Shown: one piece after another, positions 11,738 through 25,100 of the stretch
Layout of the letters: each line of letters opens with the position of its first letter
Numbering within the stretch: position 1 is the first letter of the stretch
Source of the DNA: Malacoraja senta
Lineage: Eukaryota
Direction of reading: 5' to 3'
Assembly (NCBI GenBank): GCA_038087875.1
Contig: JAXLNO010000496.1
Span: forward strand, 186,001-244,704
DNA: 58,704 bases
Notes under the pieces: generated by a model
What the model was told of the DNA's origin: nothing
The model's input: the letters and a program-made list of their open reading frames with translations, nothing else
Databases searched by the model: none
Position numbers and translations under genes: made by a program

Positions 11738-12890
11738 GTGTAAGAAGGAACTGCAGATGCGGGTTTAAACCGAAGATAAACACAAAAAGCTGGAGTAACT
11801 CAGCAGGACAGGCAGTATCTGGTCAGAGAAGAAGTGAGTGACGTTTTGGGTTCAGACGCTTCTTCAGACTGGTTAGGGATAAGGGAAACGAAACATATAG
11901 ACGGTGATGTGGAGATAAAAGGCCCTCACTAGTGTCTCCATGGTACCCCGCAGCTCAACTCTTGCTTCCCCTCCCCCTAGTCGCAAGAGAGACAGTCCCC
12001 CTAGTCCTTAGTTTCCACTCCATCAGCCGTCGCATTCAACAAATAATACTCCGAAATTGCCGCCACCTTCAACTGGAGACCACTCCTATCCACATTTTCC
12101 CATCTCCACCCCTTTTCACCTTCCGCAGAGTTACCTCCTCACCTCCGTGGTTAACTGGTCCGTTCCCACCCAAACAACTCCCCCCACAGGTACCTTCCCC
12201 TGCAAACGCAGAAGATGCAACACCTGTCCCTATACCTCCTCCCTCGACACTGTCCAGGGACCATGACAGTCTTTCCAGGTTAGACAGAGGTTCACTTGTA
12301 CTTCCTCCAACCTCATCTACTCATTCCGTTGTTCAAGATGTGGATTCTTATACATCGGCAGGCGAGACCAAACACAGACTGGGCGATCGTTTCGCGGAAC
12401 ACCGTCACTCAGACCACGTGAACCAACCTGATCTCCCAGTTGCTGGACACTTTAATTCTCCTTCCCATTCCCACACAGACCTTTCTGTCCTCGGTCTCCT
12501 CCATTGTCAGAGTGATGCCAAATTGGAGGGACAGCATCTCATATTTCTCTTGGGCAGCTTACAGCCCAGTGGTATGAATATTGATTTATCTCACTTCAGG
12601 CAGCCCCGGCATTTCCTCTCTCTCTATCCCTCGCCCAACAAAGTCGCACCAGCTTCTCATTTTCACCCAACAAACAGCTAAAAATGACCTGTTTCCTTTA
12701 TCATCGTCACGTTTTAGCATTCATCTTTCATTCATTGTTCTTTATCTCTCCACATCACCGACTATATCTGTCGTTTCCCTTTCCCCTAACTAGTCCGAAG
12801 AAGGGTCTTGGCACGCAATGTCACCCATTCCTTCTCTCCAGAGATGCCGCCTGTCCCGCTGAGTTACTCCAGTTTTGTGTGTCTAACTAC
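11738..12890 (+). mobile_element. Penelope-like element remnant: GIY-YIG endonuclease C-terminus and pLTR, with an inverted pLTR copy at 11738-11918
   Basis: CKRRRCNTCPY, GETKHRLGDRFAEH and PVAGHFNSPSHS motifs; 11840-11918 is reverse-complementary to ~12745-12823. Confidence 0.85.
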
Positions 12891-12989
12891 CCGACCTCAA
12901 ACGTCACGTGTTCTCTACAGATGCTGCCTGACCGGCTATGATACTCCATTATTTTGTGTCTGTCTTTTGTTTAGTCCAGTGCCTGCAGT

Positions 12990-13122
12990 CAAGAGACAAC
13001 AGACAATAGGTGCAGGAATAGGCCAATCGGCCCTTCGAGCCAGCACCGCCATTCAATGTGATCATGGCTGATCATCCCCAATCAGTACCCCGTTCCTGCC
13101 TTCTCCCCATATCCCCTGACTT
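12990..13122 (-). mobile_element. CR1 3'-UTR-only fragment
   Basis: agacaatagg tail and gatcatggctgatc 3'UTR motif. Confidence 0.8.
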
Positions 13123-13421
13123 AAGAGATCTGCTATTGAGTCCTTTGTTATTACAGTTTTATTCAGATATGGTACGATCTGTGTGGACAACACGCAAACC
13201 GAAATATTTCATTCGTGCGGTATACGTGCAAGAATAATCCTGTACTGAGTTTGGGAGGCGTGTATGGAGAAAGGAGCATAGTCACCACTTCAGGTGGGAC
13301 ACCCTTCCACCCAACAGTCGCACAAGTTTCTGTCTCCAGTTATATTTCAGATTGGCAGCATCTGAGTTTTGTTTAATTTGTCCCGGGCGCTTGACACCGC
13401 CCACACGCTGATGATGCTAAC

Positions 13422-16400
13422 CCAGCACAGGCCACAAGGCGCAGCCTGTGGACATTCTCCGGATGGGCGGTAGATCTCTTCTGACTTGTTGAAGTGCGGC
13501 AGCGGATTATGTCTGGGGGTTGGGGCAGCAGGGAGACGGACCTTGCCCTACGGGGAGGGGTGATGGGAGAGGGGGCTCTGAGTGCAGGGTGTGTGGAGAC
13601 TGCAGATTACAATCGGTGAGTATCTTTCCACCGATTCCGAGTGGACGGGGTCTGATCTTGGGGAGTGACTGCGGTGAAATCTCCCCCATAGGCTGACGCT
13701 CTCCGGGCCGGCACCGATCCTGCTGGGTCGGGGCCGTGTGACGGGACCAGCATTCTGGCAGGCAGGTTTGCCACTGCTACACGGGTGGTTTTAAACTGAA
13801 TAAGGGGGTGGGGTGTCAAATAGGATAGTCGAGGACGGAGTTAAAGGGAAAGAGAGTAAAAGGATGGTTAATAACCCCAGAATTAACGGGATAGGAAGCT
13901 CGCAAAGGGATAGGAGAGTATGGTCAAGTGTAATAGGGATCGATGTGAAAGGTGAGATGCGTAAGGAATTAGAAGTATTGTATATGAATGCGCGAAGTAT
14001 AAGAAGTAAAGTAGATGAGCTTGAGGCTCAGTTAGAGGTTGGTAGATATGACATTGTGGCGATTACTGAGACGTGGCTGCAGGAGGATCAGGCCTGGAAA
14101 CTTAATATTCAGGGTTATACATCCTATAGAAAGGACAGGCAGTTGGGCAGAGGAGGGGGGTGGGGTGGTAGCTCTGCTGGTGAGGAATGGAATTCAGTCC
14201 CTTGCGAGGGAAGACATAGGGACTGACGAGGTAGAGTCACTGTGGATTGAGTTGAGGAATTGTAAAGGCAAGAAGACACTAATTGGTGTTATGTACAGAC
14301 CCCCAAATAGTAGCCCGGATGTAGGGTGTAAGTTGCAGCAGGAGGTAAAACTGGCATATAACAAAGGTAATGCCACTGTGGTGATGGGATATTTCAATAT
14401 GCTGGTAGACTGGGAAAATCAGGTTGGTTCCGGACCCCAAGAAAGAGAGTTTGTAGAATGCCTCCGAGATGGATTCTTAGAGCAGCTTGTAATGGAGCCG
14501 ACCAGAGAAAAGGCAATTCTGGATTTAGTGTTGTCCAATGAACCAGATATGATAAGAGAACTCGAGGTAAAGGAACCGCTTGGAGGTAGTGATCATAATA
14601 TGATTCGTTTTAATCTGCAATTTAAGAAGGAGAACGTTAAATCGGAGGTGGCAGTGATGCAGTTGAACAAAGGGGACTATGAAGGCATGAGAGGGGAGCT
14701 GGCCAAAGTAGACGGGAAAGGTATCCTAGCAGGAATGATGGTGGAACAGCAATGGCAGGAATTTCTGGGCATAATCCGGAAGACGCAGGATCATTTCATT
14801 ACAAAAAGGAAGAAAGATTCTAAGGGGAGTAGGAGGCAACCGTGGCTGACAAGAGAAGTTAGGGATAGAATAAAACTAAAAGAAAAGATGTATAACACAG
14901 CAAAGAGTAGCCGGAAGCCAGAGGATTGGGAAACTTTCATAGGACAACAGAAGGAAACAAAACGGGCAATACGGGCTGAAAAGATGAAGTATGAGGGGAA
15001 GCTGGCCAGGAATATAAAGAAGGACAGTAAAAGCTTATTTAGATATGTTAAGGGAAAAAGAGTAGCAAAGTCAAATGTGGGTCCCTTGAAGGCAGACACG
15101 GGTGAAATTATTATGGGCAACAAGGATATGGCAGAAGAGTTGAATAGGTACTTCGGATCTGTCTTCACTAAGGAAGACACAAACAATCTCACATATGTAC
15201 TGGATGACAGAGGATCTAAGGGGGTAGAGGAACTGAAAGAGATTTTCATTAGGCGAGAAATAGTATTGGGTAGGCTAATGGGACTGAAGGATGATAAATC
15301 CCCTGGGCCTGATGGTCTGCATCCCAGGGTCCTCAGGGAAGTGGCTATAGAAATAGTGGACGCATTGGTGATCATTTTCCAATATTCAATAGATTCAGGA
15401 TCAGTTCCTGTGGATTGGAGGATAGCTAATGTTATCCCACTTTTCAAGAAAGGAGCGAGAGAGAAAACGGGGAATTACAGACCAGTTAGCCTGACTTCGG
15501 TGGTGGGAAAGATGCTGGAGTCAATTATTAAAGAGGTAATAATGGGGCATTTGGATAGCAGTAAAAGGATTAGTCCAAGTCAACATGGATTTATGAAAGG
15601 GAAATTATGATTGACTAATCTTCTGGAATTTTTTGATGTGACAAGTAAAATGGATGAAGGGGTGCCAGTATCTAGACTTTCAGAAAGCCTTTGATAAGGT
15701 CCCGCACGGCACTAAAATCAGAGCACATGGTATTGGGGGTAGGGTGTTCACATGGATAGAAAATTGGTTGACAGATCGGAAGCAAAGAGTAGGAGTGAAC
15801 GGGTCCTTTTCAGAATGGCAGGCAGTGGCGAGTGGAGTGCCGCAAGGCTCGGTGTTGGGGCCGCAACTGTTTACCATATATATTAATGATTTGGAAGAGG
15901 GAATTAGGAGCAACACTAGCAAGTTTGCGGATGACACAAAGCTGGGTGGCAGTGTGAACTGTGAAGAGGATGTCAGGAGGTTGCAGGGTGACCTGGACAG
16001 GTTGAGTGAGTGGGCAGATGCGTGGCAGATGCAGTATAATATAGATAAATGTGAGGTTGTCCACTTTGGCGGCAAAAACAAGGGGGCAGATTATTATCTC
16101 AATCGGGTTAGGTTAGGTAAGGAGGTACAGCGAGACCTGGGTGTCCTTGTACACCGGTCACTGAAAGTTTGCTTACAGGTACAGCAGGCAGTGAAGAAAG
16201 CTAATGGAATGTTGGCCTTCATAACAAGAGGATTTCAGTATAGAAGTAAAAAGGTTCTTTTGCAGTTGTATGGGGCTCTGGTGAGACCACATCTGGAGTA
16301 TTGTGTACAGTTTTGGTCTCCTAATTTGAGGAAGGACATCCTTGTGATTGAGGCAGTGCAGCGTAGGTTCACGAGATTGATCCCTGGGATGGCGGGACTG

Positions 16401-17220
16401 TCATACGAGGAAAGATTGAAAAGACTGGGCTTGTATTCACTGGAGTTTAGAAGGATGAGGGGGGATCGTATAGAAACATATAAAATTATAAAAGGACTGG
16501 ACAAGCTAGATGCTGGAAAAATGTTCCCAATGTTGGGCGAGTCCAGAACCAGGGGCCACAGTCTTAGAATAAAGGGGAGGTCATTTAAGACTGAGGTGAG
16601 AAAAAACTTTTTCGCCCAGAGAGTTGTGAATTTATGGAATTCCCTGCCACAGAGGGCAGTGGAGGCCAAACCACTGGATGGATTTAAGAGAGTTAGATAG
16701 AGCTCTGGGGGCTAGTGGAGTCAAGGTATATGGGGAGAAGGCAGGCACGGGTTATTGATACAGGACGATCAGCCATGATCACAATGAATGGCGGTGCTGG
16801 CTCGAAGGGCCGAATGGCCTCCTCTTGCATCTATTTTCTTTGTTTATATGTTTCTATGTTCACACCAGGCCACTTGACGTTGAGGACCGGGTGAAGTTTT
16901 CCTGGCAGCGGTGCGATGGTGGCGCCGGGACCAGATCCACCCAGCACGTTATCGTTGGGGGTTTATTTCTCCATCACCATGTCCGCATCCGAACCCCCGC
17001 GTGGATGGATGCCCTTTGCCAATGCCGTTGTCATTATTCCACGATGCACAAAGTGACCCATCGCCTCATTCCACACGGTTCCATCGTACATACTATCTCG
17101 TCCATTCTGACAAGGCATTGAGTTACAGAGCTGATCCACATTCTCGGGAGCGGGAATCTTGACCTCATCCATTCTACCGATGGCAGAATTATAAACTGTG
17201 CTTTCTGCAATGTCACCATT
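13422..17220 (-). pseudogene. Candidate large host exon split by a CR1 insertion (exon parts 16861-17220 and ~13422-13750)
   Basis: Acceptor atttcttgttgcag|AATGG at 17221-17222; long frame NGDIAESTVYN...NVKWPG resumes as GPVTRPRPSRIG... on the other side of the CR1; a few stops; the donor is uncertain. Confidence 0.5.
13746..16860 (+). mobile_element. CR1 LINE (third subfamily), 5'-truncated at the end of ORF1, ORF2 frameshifted
   Basis: ILAGRFATATRVVLN* ORF1 end; LYMNARSIRS, ITETW, SDH, QHGF, FADDTK; tail tttctatgtt. Confidence 0.93.
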
Positions 17221-17284
17221 CTGCAACAAGAAATATGGCGATTCTGTTCACTTAAACTGAAAAACTAATGAACATTTCCTGCCC

Positions 17285-17750
17285 AAATTACCCCCTCTGC
17301 AGGCACTTTCCCCTACAACCGCGGGCGTTGTAACGCCTGCCGTTATACGCCCTCTCTCACTTTCATCCAGGGACCCCAGCAGTTCTTCCAAGTAAAATAA
17401 ATATTGATGTGCACCTTCTCTACCCTCATCAACAGCATCTGGTGTTCCCGATGTGACATCCTGTACATTGTCGAGACGAAGCGTAGTCCCAGCGAGAGTT
17501 ACTTGCACTCGGTCCGCCAAGGCATATGTTGAGCTTTGTACCTTTTTGTCGCCGGAGTGCTCCATTCCCACTTCCGCATGCAAAATTAAGGAACAGCCGC
17601 TTTCTTCCAACTCTCCCGTGTGGCCCATCTGCGCTCTCTTTTAATATTTCCATCTAGCTCCCCCCACCTCCCGCTACTCTCCTCCCTTCGGGTTCACAAT
17701 CCGCTAATCTTCAAACCTACCTCACACCTACTGTTCTTATTTCTTGCCTT
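17285..17750 (+). mobile_element. Degraded Penelope-like GIY-YIG fragment
   Basis: GTFPYNRGRCNACRY and ILYIVETKR-like motifs, homologous to 12190-12420. Confidence 0.65.
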
Positions 17751-17759
17751 TGTGATGTA

Positions 17760-19205
17760 CGAAGGGGAAATCATGCTTGACTAATCTTCTGGAATTTTTT
17801 GAGGATGTAACTAGGAAAATGGATAAGGGAGAGCCAGTGGATGTAGTGTTACTGGACTTTCAGAAAGCATTTGATAAGGTCCCACATAGGAGATTAGTGG
17901 GCAAAATTAAAGCACATGCTATTGAGGGTAGAGTGTTGACATGGATAGAAAATTGGTTGGCAGACAGGAAACAAAGACAATAGACAATAGGTGCAGGAGT
18001 AGGCCATTCGACCCTTCTAGCCAGCACCGCCATTCAATCTGATCATGGCTGATCATCCCCAATCAGTACCCTGTTCCTGCCTTTTCCCCCATATCCCCTG
18101 ACTGCTATTTTTTAAGAGCCCTATCTAGCTCTCTCTTGAAAGCATTCAGAGAGTAGGGATTAACAGGTCCCTTTCAGAATGGCAGGCAGTGACTAGTGAG
18201 GTAACACAAGGCTCGGTGCTAGGACCGCAGCTATTTACAATATACATCAATGATTTGGATGAAGGGATTTAAAGTGACATTAGCAAATTTGCAGATAACA
18301 CAAAGCTGGGTGGCAGTGTGAACTGTGAGGAGGATGCTATGAGAATGCAGGGTGACTTGGACAGGTTGGGTGAGTGGGCAGATGCATGGCAGATGCAGTT
18401 TAATGTGGATAAATGTGAGGTTATCCACTTTGGTGGCAAAAACAGGAAGGCAGATTATTATCTAAATGGTATCAAGATGGGAAAAGGGGAAGTACAATTG
18501 GGTCTGGGGGTCCTTGTTCATCAGTCAATGAAAGTAAGCATGCAGGTACAGCAGGCAGTGAAGAAAGCGAATGGCATGCTGGCCTTCATAACAAGAGTTG
18601 AGTATAGGAGCAAAGAAGTCCTTCTGCAGTTGTACAGGGCCCTAATGAGACCACACCTGGAGTGTTGTGTGCAGTTTTGGTCTCCAAATTTGAGGAAGGA
18701 CATTCTTGCTATTGAGGAAGTGCAGCGTAGGTTCACCAGATTAATTCCCGCGATGGCGGGACTGTGATATGTTGATAGAATGGAGCGGTTGGGCTTGTAT
18801 ACTCTGGAATATAGAAGGATGAGAGGGGATCTTATTGAAACGTATAAGATTGTTAAGGGTTTGGTCAGGATAGAGGCAGGAAACACGTTCCCGATGTTGG
18901 GGAAGTCCAGACCCAGGGGCCACAGTTTAAGAATAAGTAGTAAGCCATTTAGAACGGAGATGAGGAAACACTTTTTCACAGAGATTTGTGAGTGTGGAAT
19001 TCTCTGCTTTCGCAGGCGGTGGAGGCCGGTTCTCTGGATACTTTCAAGAGAGAGCTAGATAGAGCTCTTAAAGATAGCAGAGTTAGGGGATGTGGGGAGA
19101 AGGCAGGAACGGGGTACTGATCAGCCATGATCACATTGAATAGCGGTCCTGCCTCGAACGGCCGAATGGTCTACTCCTGCACCTATTGTCTATTGTCTAT
19201 TGTCT
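17760..19205 (+). mobile_element. 5'-truncated CR1 with (TATTGTC)n tail and a nested antisense CR1 3' fragment (~17975-18150)
   Basis: LTNLLEFFEDVT and LYRALMRPHLEC motifs; tail ctattgtctattgtctattgtc; the insert interrupts RKQR|VGI. Confidence 0.9.
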
Positions 19206-22193
19206 AAAACCCATTTCTCCAGTGTCCATCCAGCCGTTGCGCTTTGTTCTGCCTCTCCCTTTCACTAGCTTTCCTCTTCCCCCTATAATTAGTCTGAAAG
19301 AGGGTCTCCATCCGAAACGTCACCTCTCCATGTTCTCCAGAGACGTTGCCTGACCTGCTGTTGTTCTCCAGCATTTTGTGCTGTTAACAGTTTTCTAGCA
19401 TTTCCGCATTCTAAATTCATCCAATACAGGACATGTGGCAACCATGTTCTTTGAGAGTGAGTTCAAAGTTGTCCCAAACGGCGGTATATTTGCAAGCCGG
19501 GATGGTCTGTGATCAGAAATGAACATAGTCATCACATAGATTTAAAACATGCTGATGCTGTTAAATCATAATAGTCCCATCTCTCAACCGGATGGAACCT
19601 ATAAACAGAACGTAAAATGAGATTGAGAAATACCCTGGTCTGGCAACGGGTTATTATCAAATGTTTGGAAATTCGTTCTTTTGACGATGCTTCAGCCGTT
19701 AGGATGTGGCCCAGCGAGACATAATTAACCGTTGCTGCTGCTGTTGTAGCAGCCCTGGTAGAGTGAGATCTGGAATCAATATCTACTCCTGCATAACTCA
19801 ACTCCGTTTTATCACCTGGAAATGGTCTGAACTGATACGTTCTTATAACGTTTTTTGTAACTAACAATCATAGCTAGCTAAGAGCCTCAAAGGCTCTTGG
19901 TGACCTTGACGTATTGTTGTATATGTGAGCCCTCACATAACTAAAGGTCCCTGGATATGCCTTGACCTATTTTGAGACCTGACACCGCTTCTGCTCTGCT
20001 TAAGTAAATTATAAACATAAAATACTATACATATTATTTACAGATGTAATCATCCTGTCCCGTCGCAATTATGTAGCGACTGACCTGTTGCGCTAAACCA
20101 GCGCCAGGAGGATAACTACCTAATGAGATCCGCCAAAGCTAAGAATGTAGCTAGAAACCCCCTGGTGAAAATAGTGTTAACACAATGTCAACATCCCATA
20201 CTGCATTGTACTTGTCCTGGGAAAACTTGTGTTAAGGATATCCTTTACTAACTCGATATCCGGGGTGAACTCAACAATGTGGATCTCGTTTGCTGCAGCA
20301 AATCTGATGGAAAGCACCTTGGCACCGTTAATGACCCTATAACTCAATATTGTCAAAGACCATTAAAAATGAACTCCAAGAGCTCCGAAATCTGTACCAT
20401 TTTAAATGTAACATGAGCATTAAACAAACACTTCCCATCTCCTGAAGAAGCAAAATACTGCTTTTTGGTACTATCCCAGCAGTCTGAATACATACAAGAA
20501 TAGGGGTGACAACCCAAGCCGTAGGCAGTCTATTGAGAATCTGTAGAACATAAATTGATTTTATCATGCAACGGCTGATTTCCCGAGCCACAGGCTGAAC
20601 CAGCAAGTTACGTTTAAAATAACCATATAAGGTTGCATTATTATTATTCCCGACAAATCGGGAATTAAACTGCATTGGCCAATCGCACAGCTGGAACCAA
20701 AAGCGGGCTCTTGATGTCTTTATTTGAAGACCCGACTCATGAAGCAAAATGGAGGAAGACATAAAAGACCATTCCTCCTGCTTGTAGCGAGAATGTATCT
20801 TTCGCCACTGTTATGCCACACATTTTTGCAACCTGTGAATTAGCATGAAAACAACATATGTATGTTCAGTGTTGCATTGAATCAGAATTTCATAAATACG
20901 GTGTGGTCTGACACCCATTCTGTGTTGTCATTGATCTGTACTTGATGATACTCCAGCGGCAAATGAGATTATGTACCTATTACAGGATTCTTTTACTTGA
21001 TTGCTCCCCCGTGATTATTATTTTGCACAATCATAGTGTATCAACATGAAGTTGAGCATGCAGATATGCATATTCGCTCAATCACTCTTTAACCCATAAA
21101 ATGCACGTAGGTCTATAGATAGTTGATACCAATAACTGCAGAGCTAATAACTCATGCAAATCTCCTTCACCTCCAACTAGAGATGACATTCGCAATTTCC
21201 CACCTTAGGCAATTAGCATCATTTTGCAATATGACATATATATATTGATCAACTGGAGCAATGCTGACTACTGTTTGTCCATCATAGTGACTTTAGTAGC
21301 TTCAGCTGGTAATAGCAAAGGTGTGTTATCAATGATCTGCATGGCCCTTAATAGTTTGCCATTAAGCATGCTGTCAGTTCTCCCACTTGCACAGCTGCAT
21401 CACATCTATTACATTGCCAATTAGTCTAATGAATAGAAAGCTGCTTATAACAACAAGGCTGTTCCAGGTTTCTATTCACTCCAATCTGATGCCCAGAGCG
21501 GAGTCACAGGACAACTAATAGCCAAAGGCAAACCCCAATGACCAACTAGTCCATTTGATAACAACTTCATTTTAACTGGATAGAGGAGCCCAATTTCTCA
21601 AATATAGTTTGAGACTGAAACAGTGGATTTTAGCAAAATACAGCATTAAAATATCATCCAGTCAATACATAACGAGTGTTTTTAAACTCTAAGTAGTCCT
21701 CTTTGAATGATTTATTGTCATCATACTGTTATATTGCCTCATCATAGCAATGCCTCCAAATATCTCCGATGATCACTGTAAATGGGAACAGCCTATGACA
21801 TCAGTTGTTAATCAGCCATCTTTCATAATGAACAGGCCACTCCTGCCATAATTTCATGTCAGCCCTGAATGGCAACTCTGGCCCGATTCCCGAGCCTGTC
21901 CCATAATTCTGAGCATGACTCAAAAGACAATTCTTGTCATATTTCCGAGCCTGTCTTGAAGGCAATCCTGGCTAAAATACTGAGCCTGCCTCAACACAAT
22001 TCTGGCCCAATTCCAACCTGCTTGGAATGCTAGTAATGTCCAGTTTTACATGGTTAAATGCCTCCGAGTAGATGACAATGTCTTAATCATTTGTGTATTG
22101 GACAACCAAGTGTAAATTTTAACCATTTGTAAGTGGTACCTTAGTTGTAGAGTAGAACTGGTAGAGTGCGTGGACGCTCTGGCCAACTTTCAT

Positions 22194-25100
22194 GCTGCCA
22201 CCAGCTTCAGTGAACCGCTTACTGCCCATGAAGACGTGAGGTGCATTGTCACCGAAACTATGAAGCCTTGCTCGTCGTTGGCATTAATTGGTCCAACAGC
22301 TTGTGCTTTGTCCTCCAGGTTTTGCCTGTTGAATAGGTCTTCCCTGAATAGAAGATTCGGCAGCTGGCTCTAACGCCTCTGATAGCGGTGTTCGCTGCAT
22401 TGTGTTGGGATGGCAACCTTGCTGCTAGGAATGGTACCTCTGACACGTGCCCTTCATCCCTTGGGGTATGCTCCACGGCTAAACCCTCAGACTCGGCGTC
22501 AGATTTACACTGACCCGGCATGTTGTCCTCCTCCATAAGGGAAACATTAAGCAGCCCTGTTACAAGGTGCTGCTGGCTCGGCCTCTGCAATAGGCCCACC
22601 CTTCAGGGTCAGAAGAAAACTGCCCCAGTAAGCTCACCTCCTCCATTGAGGGAGACATTATGCAGCCCTACTACGGGTGCTGCTGCCATACATTAAGCAG
22701 CCCTGTTACAAGGTGCTGCTGGCGCGGCCTCTCCCATAGGCCGGCACTGCCGCAGACTCGGTATCCCCATTAAGCAGCCCTGTCCAACTCCTGCTGTTGG
22801 AGTGTATCTAGATGGAGCTCCCTTCTGGCCAACCTCCAAATCTTCTTATTACCGGAAGGGAACCCTCCCGGCACCAGGGCTGACCATTTTGGTCCATTTA
22901 CCCCATATCCTGGGGACCACTGCGGTCTGGGTACCTCATTGCTGCTGAATTTCCCCTCCCCGGGAATCCCAGCGTCTGAGAGCCGTTGGAGAGGTCGCAG
23001 AGGGAGGAGCTACACCCGAGCGGTAGGAGTTAAAGAGGAGCGCGGGGCTTGTTCCTTAAAAAGGAACCCAAATCTGCAACGTTCCAAGTTCCACTTCAAA
23101 AACAAGTGTGTTTGAGGAAGCCGCTGATTGGTGGAAGCAGACAAGAGGGAGCAGCTGATTGGGAGTCAGATCCCTGCTGATTGTACTGTATTGTAGCAGT
23201 TTGTTTTGTATTATATCCAGGGTAAGGGGAGTATGAGGGCCAGGGCAGTTTACTGTTCTGGATGTCAGATGTATTGTATCCAGGGTAAGGGGAGTATGAG
23301 GGCCAGGGCAGTTTACTGTTCTGGATGTCAGATGTATTGTATCCAGGGTAAGGGGAGCATGAGGGCCAGGGCAGTTTACTGTTCTGGATGTCAGATGTAT
23401 TATATCCAGGGTAAGGGGAGTATGAGGGCCAGGGCAGTTTACTGTTCTGGATGTCAGATGTATTGTATCCAGGGTAAGGGGAGTATGAGGGCCAGGGCAG
23501 TTTGCTGTTCTGGATGTCAGATGTGGGAAGTCATGGAGTCTGATAGCCCTCCAGACGTCCACATCTGCGCCAGGTGTATTGAGATGGGGCTCCTAATGGA
23601 CCGTATTAGGAACCTGGAGCAGCAGCTCGATGACCTCCGTCTGGTCAGGGAGAGCGAGGAAGTCATTGAGAGGAGTTACAGGGATGTGGTCACTCCAACA
23701 CCACAGGAGGCAGGCAAGTGGATCACGGTTGGGAGAGGCAAGGGGCACAGGCAGGGACTAGAGAGTACCCCGGTGACTGTACACCTTGACAATAAGTACT
23801 CCTGTTTGAGCACTGTTGGGGTGGACAGCCTACCTGGGGGTAGCGACAGCGGCCGGGCCTCCGGTATAGAGACCGGCCCTGTTGCTCAGAAGGGTAAGGA
23901 AAAGAAGAGGTGGGCAATACTAATAGGGGACTCTATAGTTAGGGGGTCAGACAGGCGATTCTGTGGACGCAGTCGGGAGACCCGGATGGTAGTTTGCCTC
24001 CCTGGTGCCAGGGTCTGTGATGTGTCTCAACGTGTCCAAGATATCCTGAAAGGGCAGGGAGAGGAGCCCGAGGTCGTGGTACATATAGGTACCAATGACA
24101 TAGGTAAAAAAAGAGAAGAGGTCCTGAAAGGAGAATTTAGGGAGTTAGGAGGGGAGTTAAAGAGAAGGACAGCAAAGGTAACAATCTCGGGATTACTGCA
24201 TGTGCCACGCGACAGTGAGAGTAGGAATGGAGCGAGGTGGAGGATAAATGCGTGGCTGAAGGACTGGTGCAGAAGGCAGGGATTCAAATTTCTGGATCAT
24301 TGGGACCTCTTTTGTGGAAGGTTCGACCTGTACAAAAAGGATGGGTTGCACTTGAACCTGAGGGGGACCGATATCCTGGCGGGGAGATCTGCAAAGGCTA
24401 CTGGGGAGACTTTAAACTAGAATAGTTGGGGGGAGGGACTCAAATAGAGAATGCTATTAGACAGTGTGTGAGGCAGGAGGCAGAGAAGAAAAGCACTCAG
24501 ACCCAACATGTAGGGGGGAAAGAAGAAAACATTAATAAACAGAGAATAAGAGGTGGTGGGGTTCTTAAATGGGTGAGCAGAGAAAAAGAGGGGTGCAAAA
24601 TGCGGGCGGAAGCAATAGGTAGCAAGGTGAAACGTAAAAGTGGCAGGCAGACAAATCCAGGGCAAAAATGAAAAAGAGCCACTTTTCAACATAATTGTAT
24701 AAGGGGTAAGAGCGTTGTAAAAACAAGCCTGAAGGCTTTGTGTCTCAATGCAAGGAGCATTCGCAATTAGGTGGATGAGTTGAACGTGCAGATAGCAATT
24801 AATGATTATGATATAGTTGGGATCACGGAGACATGGCTCCAGGGTGACCAGGGCTGGGAGCTGAACATCCAGGGATATTCAATATTCAGGAGGGAGAGAG
24901 AGAAAGGAAAAGGAGGTGGGGTAGCGTTGCTGGTTAGAGAGGAGATTAACGCAGTGGAAAGGAAGGACATTAGCTTGGAGGATGTGGAATCGGTATGGGT
25001 AGAGCTGCGAAACACTAAGGGGCAGAAAACGCTGGTGGGTGTTGTGTACAGGCCACATAGCAGTAGTACTGAAGTTGGGGATGGCATCAAACAGGAAATT